Shown piece by piece: positions 55,869-64,000 of a stretch of 64,000 nucleotides of DNA; within the stretch, counting starts at the first letter, position 1, and each line of letters begins with the position of its first letter. The DNA comes from an uncultured Peptococcaceae bacterium. Lineage in GTDB: Bacteria > Bacillota > Limnochordia > Darwinibacteriales > Darwinibacteriaceae. The stretch spans positions 13,108 through 77,107 of the forward strand of contig CALKAR010000208.1 of assembly GCA_937988745.1 (NCBI GenBank), written 5' to 3'. The notes beneath the pieces were generated by a model that was not told the origin of the DNA, made no database searches, and saw only the letters and a program-made list of their open reading frames with translations. A program made the translations under genes and the position numbers.

Positions 55869-57269
55869 ATGCCTGGCCTCATTACAACAAGCCTCCTGGC
55901 GCTGGGAGGCGGATTCGCTGCTGGCCGTTTCCTTGCCTCACAAATCGCCAAATCAGCGCTTAGGATAATTATGACTGATCCGTATAAACAGAACCTGGCC
56001 GAGTTCTACACCGCCGCAAAGCGGACTGGAATTCAAGAAATTATCGAGACTAACCTCCGCGCCGAAGAGGGAAAAATGATCTTGAGGCCACTGGGCAGCC
56101 CACGCAAGTTCGTCAACATGAACAGCATTATGTTCAAGACTGCCCATGTGAGCAGACAGCCCACACCGATTGAAATTCCCATCGAAACACGCACCGTAAT
56201 CGGCCGCTTCGCAGCCAAACCCCTCGTTGTCGAAACGCCGCTCTTGGTTTCGGGAATGGCTTATGGGCTTGCTCTCTCAGAACAATTCAAGTATGCTCTC
56301 GCGCTCGGAAGTGCCAAAGTAGGGACCGCCACAAATACTGGTGAAGGCCCTTTCCTGCCCAAGGAAAGGCAGCTCGCAAAAAAACTCATTATTCAATATC
56401 CGAGGGCGTCTTGGAACAAGTCTCCTGACATCCTGAGGCAGGCCGATGCCATTGAGATTCAGTATGGTCAGGGAGCCTCTGCCAGCACAGGCCACCATGC
56501 TGTCCCCACTGATCTTGGTAAGGATGTACGCAAACGAATGGACATTCATCCAGGCGAGTCGGGTATCATCTATTCCCGGCAGCCCGCAGTCAGTCACCCG
56601 GACGATTTGAAAATGATCGTCGATTATCTGCGTGATCTAACAGGCGGTGTACCTATCGGAGTAAAGTTCGCCTTCTCAGACTATCTCGAAGATGATATAG
56701 ACATCTGTCTCGAAGCGGGTGTTGATTTTCTTGCCCTCGAAGGTGCAGAAGCTGCCACCATCGGTGCTCCACCTATTTTGGAAGACGACTTCGGGCTTCC
56801 GACTCTGATCGGCCTCTGCCGAGCTGTTGAGCATCTCAAGCAGAAAGATCCTGACGGCCGGGTTAGCCTGATTACTGGCGGAGGATTTACCAACCCTGGC
56901 CACTATCTTAAGGCAATCGCTTTAGGTGCAGATGCCGTCTACCTAGGTACCATGGCCCTGTTTGCTGCAGCCCACACCCAAGTGCTCAAAGCAGTCCCTC
57001 TCGAACCGCCTACTCAGGTTGCCCTATATAGGGGGACCGCAGCCGGCCGATATAACTACAAGAAGGGAGCTGAATCTCTATATAAATACCTCACATCATG
57101 TACCGCTGAAATGCAGGAAGGTGTCCGCGCCTTAGGCAAACGGGCTATCTCTGATGTGAACCGCGATGATCTCGTGGCCTTAGATGAACACACCAGCAGC
57201 ATTACTGGCCTGCCGCTTGCCTACGGTAGAGGAAGAACTCGTGCTTTCGCAGCACCTGGTTCAAAGTAA
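55869..57269 (+). CDS. FMN-binding glutamate synthase-family (GltB domain 2-like) protein with an N-terminal TM helix.
   Basis: Membrane anchor LITTSLLALGGGFAAG, followed by a GltS FMN-domain-like sequence (IQYGQGAS, GVDFLALEGAEAATIGAP, ITGGGF). Confidence 0.8.
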   Translation: MPGLITTSLLALGGGFAAGRFLASQIAKSALRIIMTDPYKQNLAEFYTAAKRTGIQEIIETNLRAEEGKMILRPLGSPRKFVNMNSIMFKTAHVSRQPTPIEIPIETRTVIGRFAAKPLVVETPLLVSGMAYGLALSEQFKYALALGSAKVGTATNTGEGPFLPKERQLAKKLIIQYPRASWNKSPDILRQADAIEIQYGQGASASTGHHAVPTDLGKDVRKRMDIHPGESGIIYSRQPAVSHPDDLKMIVDYLRDLTGGVPIGVKFAFSDYLEDDIDICLEAGVDFLALEGAEAATIGAPPILEDDFGLPTLIGLCRAVEHLKQKDPDGRVSLITGGGFTNPGHYLKAIALGADAVYLGTMALFAAAHTQVLKAVPLEPPTQVALYRGTAAGRYNYKKGAESLYKYLTSCTAEMQEGVRALGKRAISDVNRDDLVALDEHTSSITGLPLAYGRGRTRAFAAPGSK

Positions 57270-58900
57270 AATAGTTTCCTTTCGACACCCTGGCCAAAAT
57301 CAAATTCGTCTACAAAGATACGGCGCCCGATTTCTCTAGGCGGAAGCCCTGCTAACTCAGGCAGCAGCTCTTCTACAGCACCGCTTTGAATTAGAGCGTT
57401 CTCACGCTCCCTATTCTGCACTCCCCCAAGCCACTGCGGAGTAGGCCTTTTTGATTCATTGATCCGGAAATCCCAGCGCAGATATTCCTCTAGCATGGGA
57501 TATTCACTGCCGTAGAGGTTCTTCAAGACTTTATACAAACCGTGCAGTGAATGATTGATCCAGTGATAGCCCTGCGCCTTCCAGCGGTAGGCAAAATCAT
57601 CAAAGAACTTAAACGGCGAGTCAAACTGTTCGGCCAAGTAATCTATAGTCCGCTCAAAACGGTTCGAATTAACGTATCTTTCCACTAAATCCTCGATCAC
57701 GTGTAGATGAGAAAGCTCATCATATGATATATCATTCGTCTGAAGCACCTCGTAAGGCGCCCGCTGTGTGAAAATACAGCCGAATTTGCTCGCCTCGTCC
57801 CTCAGCTGCGAACCCCGGAGAAGCTTTAGGAAGCCAAGATGAATACGGTAAGGCTTGAGACGGTAAACATAATCAAAAGATTCTCCAAACCGCTCAAAAC
57901 TCTCATACGGAAGGCCGGCAATTAAGTCCAAGAGCACACGCACATGAGTCTCTTCCACAAGAAAACGCACGGTCTCGGCTAGTTTTTCTAAATTCTGCCG
58001 CCGGCTGACTGCGTTGAGCGTTTCAGGGTTAGTAGACTGGACCCCGATCTCAAACTGCAGCCTTCCCGGAGGAGCCTTGCGCAGAAGTTCGAGCAGTTTA
58101 GGTGTGAGAATATCTCCGCTTACCTCAAGCTGAAAACGGGTCTTTGTATCGAGCCCAATCATGAATTCGATCAACTCATAGGCCCGTTTGGGATCATAGT
58201 TGAACGTTCGATCTACAAAGCGGATCTGCTCACAATTAGCTTCGGCAAGCCTTTTAAGCTCTGCTTTACACCGCTCCATAGGAAACTCGCGTACCGGGCC
58301 CATTACTGAGGAAAGGCAGTAAGCACAGCGAAAGGGACAGCCCCGCGTCGTTTCATAATATACAATGCGGTGTTCGAGCCCTTGTAAAGAACCAGAGTAT
58401 ACCGGCGGAAGCTGAGCCAAATCAACGCCTTTCATCGGGTTTTGCTTGATCTCCCCGTCCCAGCGGTACGCTAGGCCCGGAATACTTTCCAACTCATCCG
58501 GACCAAGCCGGCCCTGGGTGCTTTGCCAGGCGGTTAAAAAGCGCACCCAAGCTTCTTCTCCTTCCCCAGCCACAATAAAATCGATATCTGGGTAGTTTGT
58601 AAGCCAGTGATCGATATCAAAGGAAACCTCAGGTCCACCCAAGATGATTGTCAAATCAGGATTCACCTGCCGCAGATCCGAGATCACCTGGAGCACCTGG
58701 TTTATATTCCAGATGTAACAAGACAGGCCTAGTATGTCAGGCTTTCTTGAATGGATGTCTGCAGCAATCTGCGCTAGATCCTGATTGATGTTATATTCAA
58801 CAGCTTCAATATTAAAGGATCTGGCCGCTTCAGTTAAATACCTCACGGCCAGACTAGTATGAGTAAACTTTGCATTTATTGCTGCCAAAACTACTTTCAT
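57221..58900 (-). CDS. B12-binding-domain radical SAM protein with a DUF4080-type C-terminus.
   Basis: N-terminal KVVLAAINAKFTHTSLAVRYL (B12-binding-like), the radical SAM cluster RGCPFRCAYC and a long C-terminal helical domain. Confidence 0.8.
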   Translation of the reverse strand: MKVVLAAINAKFTHTSLAVRYLTEAARSFNIEAVEYNINQDLAQIAADIHSRKPDILGLSCYIWNINQVLQVISDLRQVNPDLTIILGGPEVSFDIDHWLTNYPDIDFIVAGEGEEAWVRFLTAWQSTQGRLGPDELESIPGLAYRWDGEIKQNPMKGVDLAQLPPVYSGSLQGLEHRIVYYETTRGCPFRCAYCLSSVMGPVREFPMERCKAELKRLAEANCEQIRFVDRTFNYDPKRAYELIEFMIGLDTKTRFQLEVSGDILTPKLLELLRKAPPGRLQFEIGVQSTNPETLNAVSRRQNLEKLAETVRFLVEETHVRVLLDLIAGLPYESFERFGESFDYVYRLKPYRIHLGFLKLLRGSQLRDEASKFGCIFTQRAPYEVLQTNDISYDELSHLHVIEDLVERYVNSNRFERTIDYLAEQFDSPFKFFDDFAYRWKAQGYHWINHSLHGLYKVLKNLYGSEYPMLEEYLRWDFRINESKRPTPQWLGGVQNRERENALIQSGAVEELLPELAGLPPREIGRRIFVDEFDFGQGVERKLFYFEPGAAKARVLPLP

Positions 58901-58918
58901 GCAACCTCAGCCTACTTC

Positions 58919-60565
58919 CTATGTCATGCACGATCCACCGATAAACTCACGAAGGATCGAATTACAGGGAATAACTTCTGTCGGAGCCACGGCCTTAAAG
59001 TGCCGCAGAAATGTCAGCAGCCGCTGAGCCTCACCATACTGCTCCTGATCAGGTGTAATCTCCTGCAGAAGTGGTTCTACAACCCCTTTCAGCACTGAAA
59101 GCTCATACAGCAGTGATGAGTTAAACATCACATCGGCACTTTCCTGGAAGGGGAAGATATGCTGTTCCTCTCCCCGGCGCACCGATGGCCACAGTTGAAT
59201 AGTGGCCGCAGCCGAATGAGATCGGAACTGATGATCCCGCACAATGCGTCTCAGCATGCGAGCGTCGGTGGTCGAAATACGAGTGTGATTATCAATATTT
59301 AAATTCGTGAGAGACGAAATGTAGATTTTGAACTTCCGCCCCTGCGGTATTGCCTCAGTGAGTTTATCGTTGAGGCCGTGAATGCCTTCTATGATAATGG
59401 GCTGATCAGCCGTAATCCGCAGCGTACGGCCAGTCCATTTCCGTTTGCCTTCCATGAAATCGAAGGTAGGCAGTTCTACTTCTTCTCCTTGTATGAGTTT
59501 GGTGAGATGAGTATTGAACAATTCGAGGTCGATAGCCTCTAGAGCCTCAAAGTCGGGTTTGCCATCGGCATCTAAGGGCGTCTTATCCCGATCTACGAAG
59601 TAATCGTCCAACCCAATCGTGATAGGCCACAGACCATTCACGCGCAGCTGAATAAGCAGGCGTTCCGCAAAAGTAGTCTTACCTGAACTGGATGGACCGG
59701 CAATTAAAATGATGCGCAGCCTTTCTTTTTCGCGGTGAATGATATCGGCAATCTGGGCAATCTGTTTCTCATGGAGGGCTTCGCACACACGCACAAGATC
59801 GTTAAATTTACCCTCATCGATGGTCCTGTTCAGCGCAGCCACATCAGGGATTCTCAGATTCTTCTGCCACTGTTCAGCTTCAAAGAAGATATTAAACAGC
59901 TTTCCCTGCTCCACATATGGCGGTATAACTTTAGGATTGGCCCGCCGAGGATACTCTAGAATAAATCCAGGTAGATAATAACGCAGTTTGAAATACTTCA
60001 AGCAGCTCGTGCGCGGGACCAAAACGGCTGTGAGCCAATCGTAGTAGTCACCCAATCGATATACAGGTAATACTTCATCGCCAGGATGATTTTCCAGTAA
60101 CCGGAGTTTATCCCTCAGCCCCTGCTTCTCATACAAGAGGCGCAGTTCTTGAACGGGCAGATGCAGCAGCTCGAAAGGCAGATCCTCGTCGATCAGTTCA
60201 CGCATCCGCTGGTCAACCATATGGATGTCTTTTTCGATGACAGGACGCTGCCATTCAATTTCCCCGTAAATACCGTTGCTCAAAGAGTTCTTGATGTGGA
60301 CAACAGCACCAGGCAGTGTTTCATTGGCTGCCTTCACAAACAGGAAAACAAGTGCAGCTCGGTAAGCACGCATCCCTTCTGTTGTCGTTGTATCAAGGAA
60401 GTCGATTGTGCAGTCTTCCTGGAGCTCAGTGTGAAAGCCCAAAATCTCGTTGTTGACACGGGCCACCACCACGTCGTTTGCAAGGTCCAACCTTTCTGCC
60501 ACGAGAGCAATCGTTGCTCCCCGCGGTACCTCCACGACTTTTTCATTCCATTGAACTCGAATCAT
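58919..60565 (-). CDS. Nucleoside/uridine kinase-family P-loop protein with an N-terminal TGS-like domain.
   Basis: Walker A GPSSSGKTTFAERL inside a PRK/uridine kinase-like domain. The N-terminal region of about 60 aa is beta-grasp-like (IRVQWNEKVVEVPRGATI). Start ATG at 60565. Confidence 0.7.
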   Translation of the reverse strand: MIRVQWNEKVVEVPRGATIALVAERLDLANDVVVARVNNEILGFHTELQEDCTIDFLDTTTTEGMRAYRAALVFLFVKAANETLPGAVVHIKNSLSNGIYGEIEWQRPVIEKDIHMVDQRMRELIDEDLPFELLHLPVQELRLLYEKQGLRDKLRLLENHPGDEVLPVYRLGDYYDWLTAVLVPRTSCLKYFKLRYYLPGFILEYPRRANPKVIPPYVEQGKLFNIFFEAEQWQKNLRIPDVAALNRTIDEGKFNDLVRVCEALHEKQIAQIADIIHREKERLRIILIAGPSSSGKTTFAERLLIQLRVNGLWPITIGLDDYFVDRDKTPLDADGKPDFEALEAIDLELFNTHLTKLIQGEEVELPTFDFMEGKRKWTGRTLRITADQPIIIEGIHGLNDKLTEAIPQGRKFKIYISSLTNLNIDNHTRISTTDARMLRRIVRDHQFRSHSAAATIQLWPSVRRGEEQHIFPFQESADVMFNSSLLYELSVLKGVVEPLLQEITPDQEQYGEAQRLLTFLRHFKAVAPTEVIPCNSILREFIGGSCMT

Positions 60566-60609
60566 TCGATCACCCCAACTTCCGAGCATTGTCTTCTATC
60601 TGATTCTGC

Positions 60610-61053
60610 CTATTCGACGGCGCTCCCTCTGCGGCGGGGCCGGTAAAGCGCACGGAAAGCACTGCTGGTCACGGTAATACCTCCGGCGATAGCCCCTGCA
60701 GCAAAGACGGTAACAGCCAGCTGCTCAAACCCACGAGCATAGTCGTTCTGCAGGAAACTCAGCATAGTAGTATAGGCCATCCCTCCAGGAACTAGAGGAA
60801 TCACACCAGGAATGAGGAAGACGATCACCGGTTCCCGAGCAGTACGGGCAGTAAACTCAGATAAGAGCGTCACCACAATCGCCGCCAAGAAATAGGCGGC
60901 TACCTGGCCAAGAAAACCCATCAACGTGAAAACAAACAGTCCTGCAGCCCCAATTAGGCCACAGCGCAGCACTTGTTTCTGCGGAACACGGTAGATGAAC
61001 GCGAAGGAAGCAGCGGTCACAAATCCTGTAAACAAACTCCTCAGCACTGTCAT
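60610..61053 (-). CDS. Threonine/serine exporter family protein (ThrE C-terminal-type, DUF3815).
   Basis: 147 aa with 4-5 TM segments. ATGA-type overlap with the upstream DUF1212-type gene, the usual split ThrE pair. Confidence 0.75.
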   Translation of the reverse strand: MTVLRSLFTGFVTAASFAFIYRVPQKQVLRCGLIGAAGLFVFTLMGFLGQVAAYFLAAIVVTLLSEFTARTAREPVIVFLIPGVIPLVPGGMAYTTMLSFLQNDYARGFEQLAVTVFAAGAIAGGITVTSSAFRALYRPRRRGSAVE

Positions 61054-61790
61054 ACCCCCACACTGAGAACAACAGCCACGCCAGCCGCTACCCCAACCGC
61101 AATAGCAAGTGCATCAGCGCCGCGTGAAACGCCTGAAACTAGTTCTCCGCTCAGCATATCCCGCAGCGATGTCGTCATCAAAACTCCGGGAACAAGCACC
61201 ATCACTGCTCCCAGAATAATCTTATCCATATCTGCTGCAGAAAAATGGCAGAATATCCGGGCGCACAAAGCTACGATTGTGCCACCTACCGCTGACGTAA
61301 CTATACGCGGAACTGGATGCTGACCAAGCCATGCGCCGATCAAAGCAACAAGAAACCCTGTGATGCCAGCAAATAAAGCGTCCAGCAGAGAACCGTCAAA
61401 AATGAGCGCAAAACCTGCACACCCGGGACCACTAGCGATAATCGCAGGCCAGAAATAAGCGGCTTCAGGCTTTGTAAGCTCTAAAAGGGTGTTCCGTACT
61501 TCCTCAGTTGTCATCTCACCACAGGCATAAGCTCGAGAAAGAGAATTGACGGCTGCTATTTTGGCAATATTATTGTTCACCTCACGAATACGGCGCACAC
61601 GGGTGTAGACATGGCCGCTGGGTGCATAGAACGAAACAAACAGCCCCGTAGGGGTGGCAAAGCCCTCTGCCTTAGAAAAACCTGCAGCCTTACCCATACG
61701 CGCAATCGTTTCCTCAACTCGCTGAATCTCAGCGCCGTTGGTTAATAGAACTTCACCAGCTAATAGAACCATTTCAACTAAATCTTCCAT
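61050..61790 (-). CDS. Threonine/serine exporter family protein (ThrE N-terminal-type, DUF1212).
   Basis: LLAGEVLLTNGAEIQRVEETI... is the DUF1212 signature. Start ATG at 61790 after GGAAGGGGTGG. Confidence 0.75.
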   Translation of the reverse strand: MEDLVEMVLLAGEVLLTNGAEIQRVEETIARMGKAAGFSKAEGFATPTGLFVSFYAPSGHVYTRVRRIREVNNNIAKIAAVNSLSRAYACGEMTTEEVRNTLLELTKPEAAYFWPAIIASGPGCAGFALIFDGSLLDALFAGITGFLVALIGAWLGQHPVPRIVTSAVGGTIVALCARIFCHFSAADMDKIILGAVMVLVPGVLMTTSLRDMLSGELVSGVSRGADALAIAVGVAAGVAVVLSVGV

Positions 61791-61891
61791 ATTATATGCC
61801 ACCCCTTCCCTTATTCGAGGCATATAAGCCAAACCCTTTAGCAGGAATGTCCTGGATCATGTGGAATCAAGCCTAGAAGGAGGCTGAAATC

Positions 61892-63007
61892 ATGACTGTG
61901 AATCAATCTCGCTTGGTAGAAGAATTCCTTGAATTAGTCCAAGTTGACAGTGCACCAAAAGACGAACGCTTCATGGCTGATGCGCTGTTACAAAAATTGA
62001 AAGAGCTTGGCTTTACAGCCTACGAAGATGAAACGGGTGCCAAAATCGGCGGAAACGCTGGCAATGTGTACGGTTTCTTAGAAGGAGATCCCAATCGGCC
62101 GGCCCTTCTTTTCTGTGCTCACATGGACCGGGTATCTCCTGGTTATGGTATCAAACCGCATGTAGATAATGGAATCATCCGCAGTGATGGCACAACGATT
62201 CTAGCTGCTGACGATGTGGCAGGAATCTGTGCTATCTTGGAAGGAATCCGCACCATTCAAGAACAGAATATTCCCCACGGGCGCATCGAGGTACTGTTTA
62301 CTGTTGCCGAAGAAGGCGGCCTGTTCGGTGCAAAAAACCTCGATATCACTCCATTCCAGGCTAAAGCTGGGTTCTTCTTAGATTCTTCTGGGCCTGTGGG
62401 TACCATCATCGTCCAGGCACCTGCTCAAAAAGGCATCAGCGCAAAAATCCATGGGAAATCAGCCCATGCGGGCGTTGCTCCCGAAGAAGGTATCAACGCC
62501 ATAGTAGTCGCAGCCAATGCTATCAGCAATATGAAGCTGGGCCGGATTAACCACGAAACAACCGCTAACATCGGCGTGATTTCCGGAGGCAGTGCTACTA
62601 ATATTGTACCAGATTTGATAGAAATGAAGGGCGAAGCCCGCTCCCGCAGCAGCGCCAGCCTCGAAGCACAGACGGCACACATGGTTCAAGCTATTGAAGC
62701 TGCCTGCGAGAAGTTTGGCGCCAAAGCTGAGATCGAAGTAACAGACAGCTATTCTGGCTTCCATCTCAAACCTGATGACTTCGTTGTACAGCTGGCTCTT
62801 AAGGCAGTCGACCATATTGGTTTGGAACCAATCCAGCAGGGTACCGGGGGAGGCAGCGACGCCAACATCATTAACGGCTATGGGATTCCCTCTGTGGTAC
62901 TGGGCATGGGATATGAGAACATCCACAGCACTGCCGAGTCTATCGCAGTTGATCAATTAAATAAAGCTGCCCAGCTGGTGGCAGCCATCATCGAGGTTAA
63001 CAGCTAA
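61892..63007 (+). CDS. M20/M42-family metallopeptidase (tripeptidase PepT-like, YqjE type).
   Basis: HMDRV, ADD.AG, EE.G and GGSD motifs in the M20 order. 371 aa. Confidence 0.85.
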   Translation: MTVNQSRLVEEFLELVQVDSAPKDERFMADALLQKLKELGFTAYEDETGAKIGGNAGNVYGFLEGDPNRPALLFCAHMDRVSPGYGIKPHVDNGIIRSDGTTILAADDVAGICAILEGIRTIQEQNIPHGRIEVLFTVAEEGGLFGAKNLDITPFQAKAGFFLDSSGPVGTIIVQAPAQKGISAKIHGKSAHAGVAPEEGINAIVVAANAISNMKLGRINHETTANIGVISGGSATNIVPDLIEMKGEARSRSSASLEAQTAHMVQAIEAACEKFGAKAEIEVTDSYSGFHLKPDDFVVQLALKAVDHIGLEPIQQGTGGGSDANIINGYGIPSVVLGMGYENIHSTAESIAVDQLNKAAQLVAAIIEVNS

Positions 63008-63019
63008 AGGGAAACGGAA

Positions 63020-63064
63020 AAGGGGCACTACCGCTCGAAACGAGGCGGCATGCCCCCTTTTTTT
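63020..63064. terminator. Bidirectional terminator between the M20 peptidase and Fe-ADH genes.
   Basis: Outer stem GGGGCA/TGCCCC with inner pairing, followed by T7 on the plus strand and preceded by an A-run. Confidence 0.7.
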
Positions 63065-64000
63065 ATCTCAACAGACTGTCACGGAAAATCCCTTTCAGAA
63101 TATGGGGGCCAGGATTTCCGATAGAATTAGCCACGTTCTTTGTAGAAGCAGCTTTTTGTGCCCAGGCAGCTAAATCCGCCTCGTCAATTTCGAGCTCTCT
63201 TACGTGTTCGCCAAAGAGATCGTCCATCAACTGCTGGAATTCATTTAAGCTAGTGAGACCCAAGTTTCTCAGTATTTCCCCGACCTTCTGGGGAGCCACC
63301 TGATTAATATATCTCAAGTAGGCTGTAAACAGCATCCCGTTTGCCCTTCCGTGGGGCACGTCGTGGAAATACGTCAGAGGGTATCCCAGAGCATGTACCA
63401 GAGTCGTGCCTGTCTGAGCAATCGTCATTCCACCGAGAGTCGACGCAAGCAGCAACTCCGACCGGACGGTTGAATCAAAGACACGACTGCGCAGTGCGGG
63501 GATGCACCGGCCCCAAATGCGCATGCCCTGCACCGCCAGGCCACTGCTCAGCTGATTGGCACGTACGGCTAGAAAGCCTTCAATCAAATGTGAAAGGGCA
63601 TCCACAGCCGTATCAATAGTTACGGTGGGGCTGAGTGACTCGGTATAAGCCGGATCGAGAAGCGCAACCTTGGGAAACAGGTCAGGACCACTAATACTTC
63701 GCTTAGTCTGGTCCCGTTCCACAGTCAAGACAGCATACTGCGTTACCTCACTGCCAGTTCCCGCTGTAGTGGGAATAGCTGCGATAGGCAGTGCAGGCTT
63801 GTCCCAACCCCTATCGTAAAGGCTGAGCGGTTCAACATCGTTGACCGCCAGTACCGCAATGGCTTTCGCTGCATCCAGCGGTGAACCACCACCGATGGCA
63901 ACAATAAAATCGCAGCCTTCCTCACGGGCCAACTGTCCTCCTCGGGCAACAGTTTCCAGCGATGGGTTGTTTTCCACTTCATCAAAAAGAACATAGTCCA
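63063..64000 (-). CDS. Iron-containing alcohol dehydrogenase (partial; the N-terminus lies beyond the window).
   Basis: GGGSPLDAAKAIA and the His-rich metal site region (H..E, HALGYPL, HG). The reading frame stays open to position 64000. Confidence 0.88.
   Translation of the reverse strand, partial: DYVLFDEVENNPSLETVARGGQLAREEGCDFIVAIGGGSPLDAAKAIAVLAVNDVEPLSLYDRGWDKPALPIAAIPTTAGTGSEVTQYAVLTVERDQTKRSISGPDLFPKVALLDPAYTESLSPTVTIDTAVDALSHLIEGFLAVRANQLSSGLAVQGMRIWGRCIPALRSRVFDSTVRSELLLASTLGGMTIAQTGTTLVHALGYPLTYFHDVPHGRANGMLFTAYLRYINQVAPQKVGEILRNLGLTSLNEFQQLMDDLFGEHVRELEIDEADLAAWAQKAASTKNVANSIGNPGPHILKGIFRDSLLR

Overview
This window looks like core chromosome from an anaerobic, endospore-forming Firmicutes-type bacterium. 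It is densely coded, and I saw no transposase, integrase, phage genes or CRISPR array. The left third matches the Bacillus order ytrH-ytrI | dnaE ... accD-accA-pfkA-pyk, but a TRAP (mtrB) homologue and a small DUF2007-like gene sit between dnaE and accD. Other recognisable content, in order:
- murA, an IreB-like gene and a PspC/LiaF-like envelope-stress pair.
- A Na/Pi cotransporter, a GT4 glycosyltransferase and a PduO-type adenosyltransferase.
- tRNA-Glu and tRNA-Gln downstream of parA-like, gltX and osmC.
- A 4x LysM protein and a secreted protein with two FMN-binding domains.
- fabI, rex and nth.
- An orphan pair of NuoL/M/N- or Mrp-type antiporter-like subunits.
- A wall block: SpoVD-like PBP, DacB-like carboxypeptidase, FemX-like transferase, alr and a CsoR-type regulator.
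- One same-strand run rnfCDGEAB-apbE-(KamA-family radical SAM)-trxB.
- Envelope candidates: a beta-barrel-like protein, a LolA-like protein and an M48 peptidase with a beta-rich tail.
- A LacI regulator, a GltB-like FMN protein, a B12-radical SAM protein, a ThrE pair, an M20 peptidase and a partial Fe-ADH.

No obvious self-contained novel system (such as a defence island) stands out. The best leads are:
- the orphan TRAP gene inside a housekeeping operon;
- the KamA-family enzyme, which carries the glutamate 2,3-aminomutase substitutions and is chained to rnf-apbE and trxB;
- the partner-less antiporter-like pair, with an odd promoter-plus-terminator leader;
- outer-membrane-type beta-barrel and M48 candidates in a sporulation-gene background.

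All calls come from reading the translations and sequence by eye. No database search was run.
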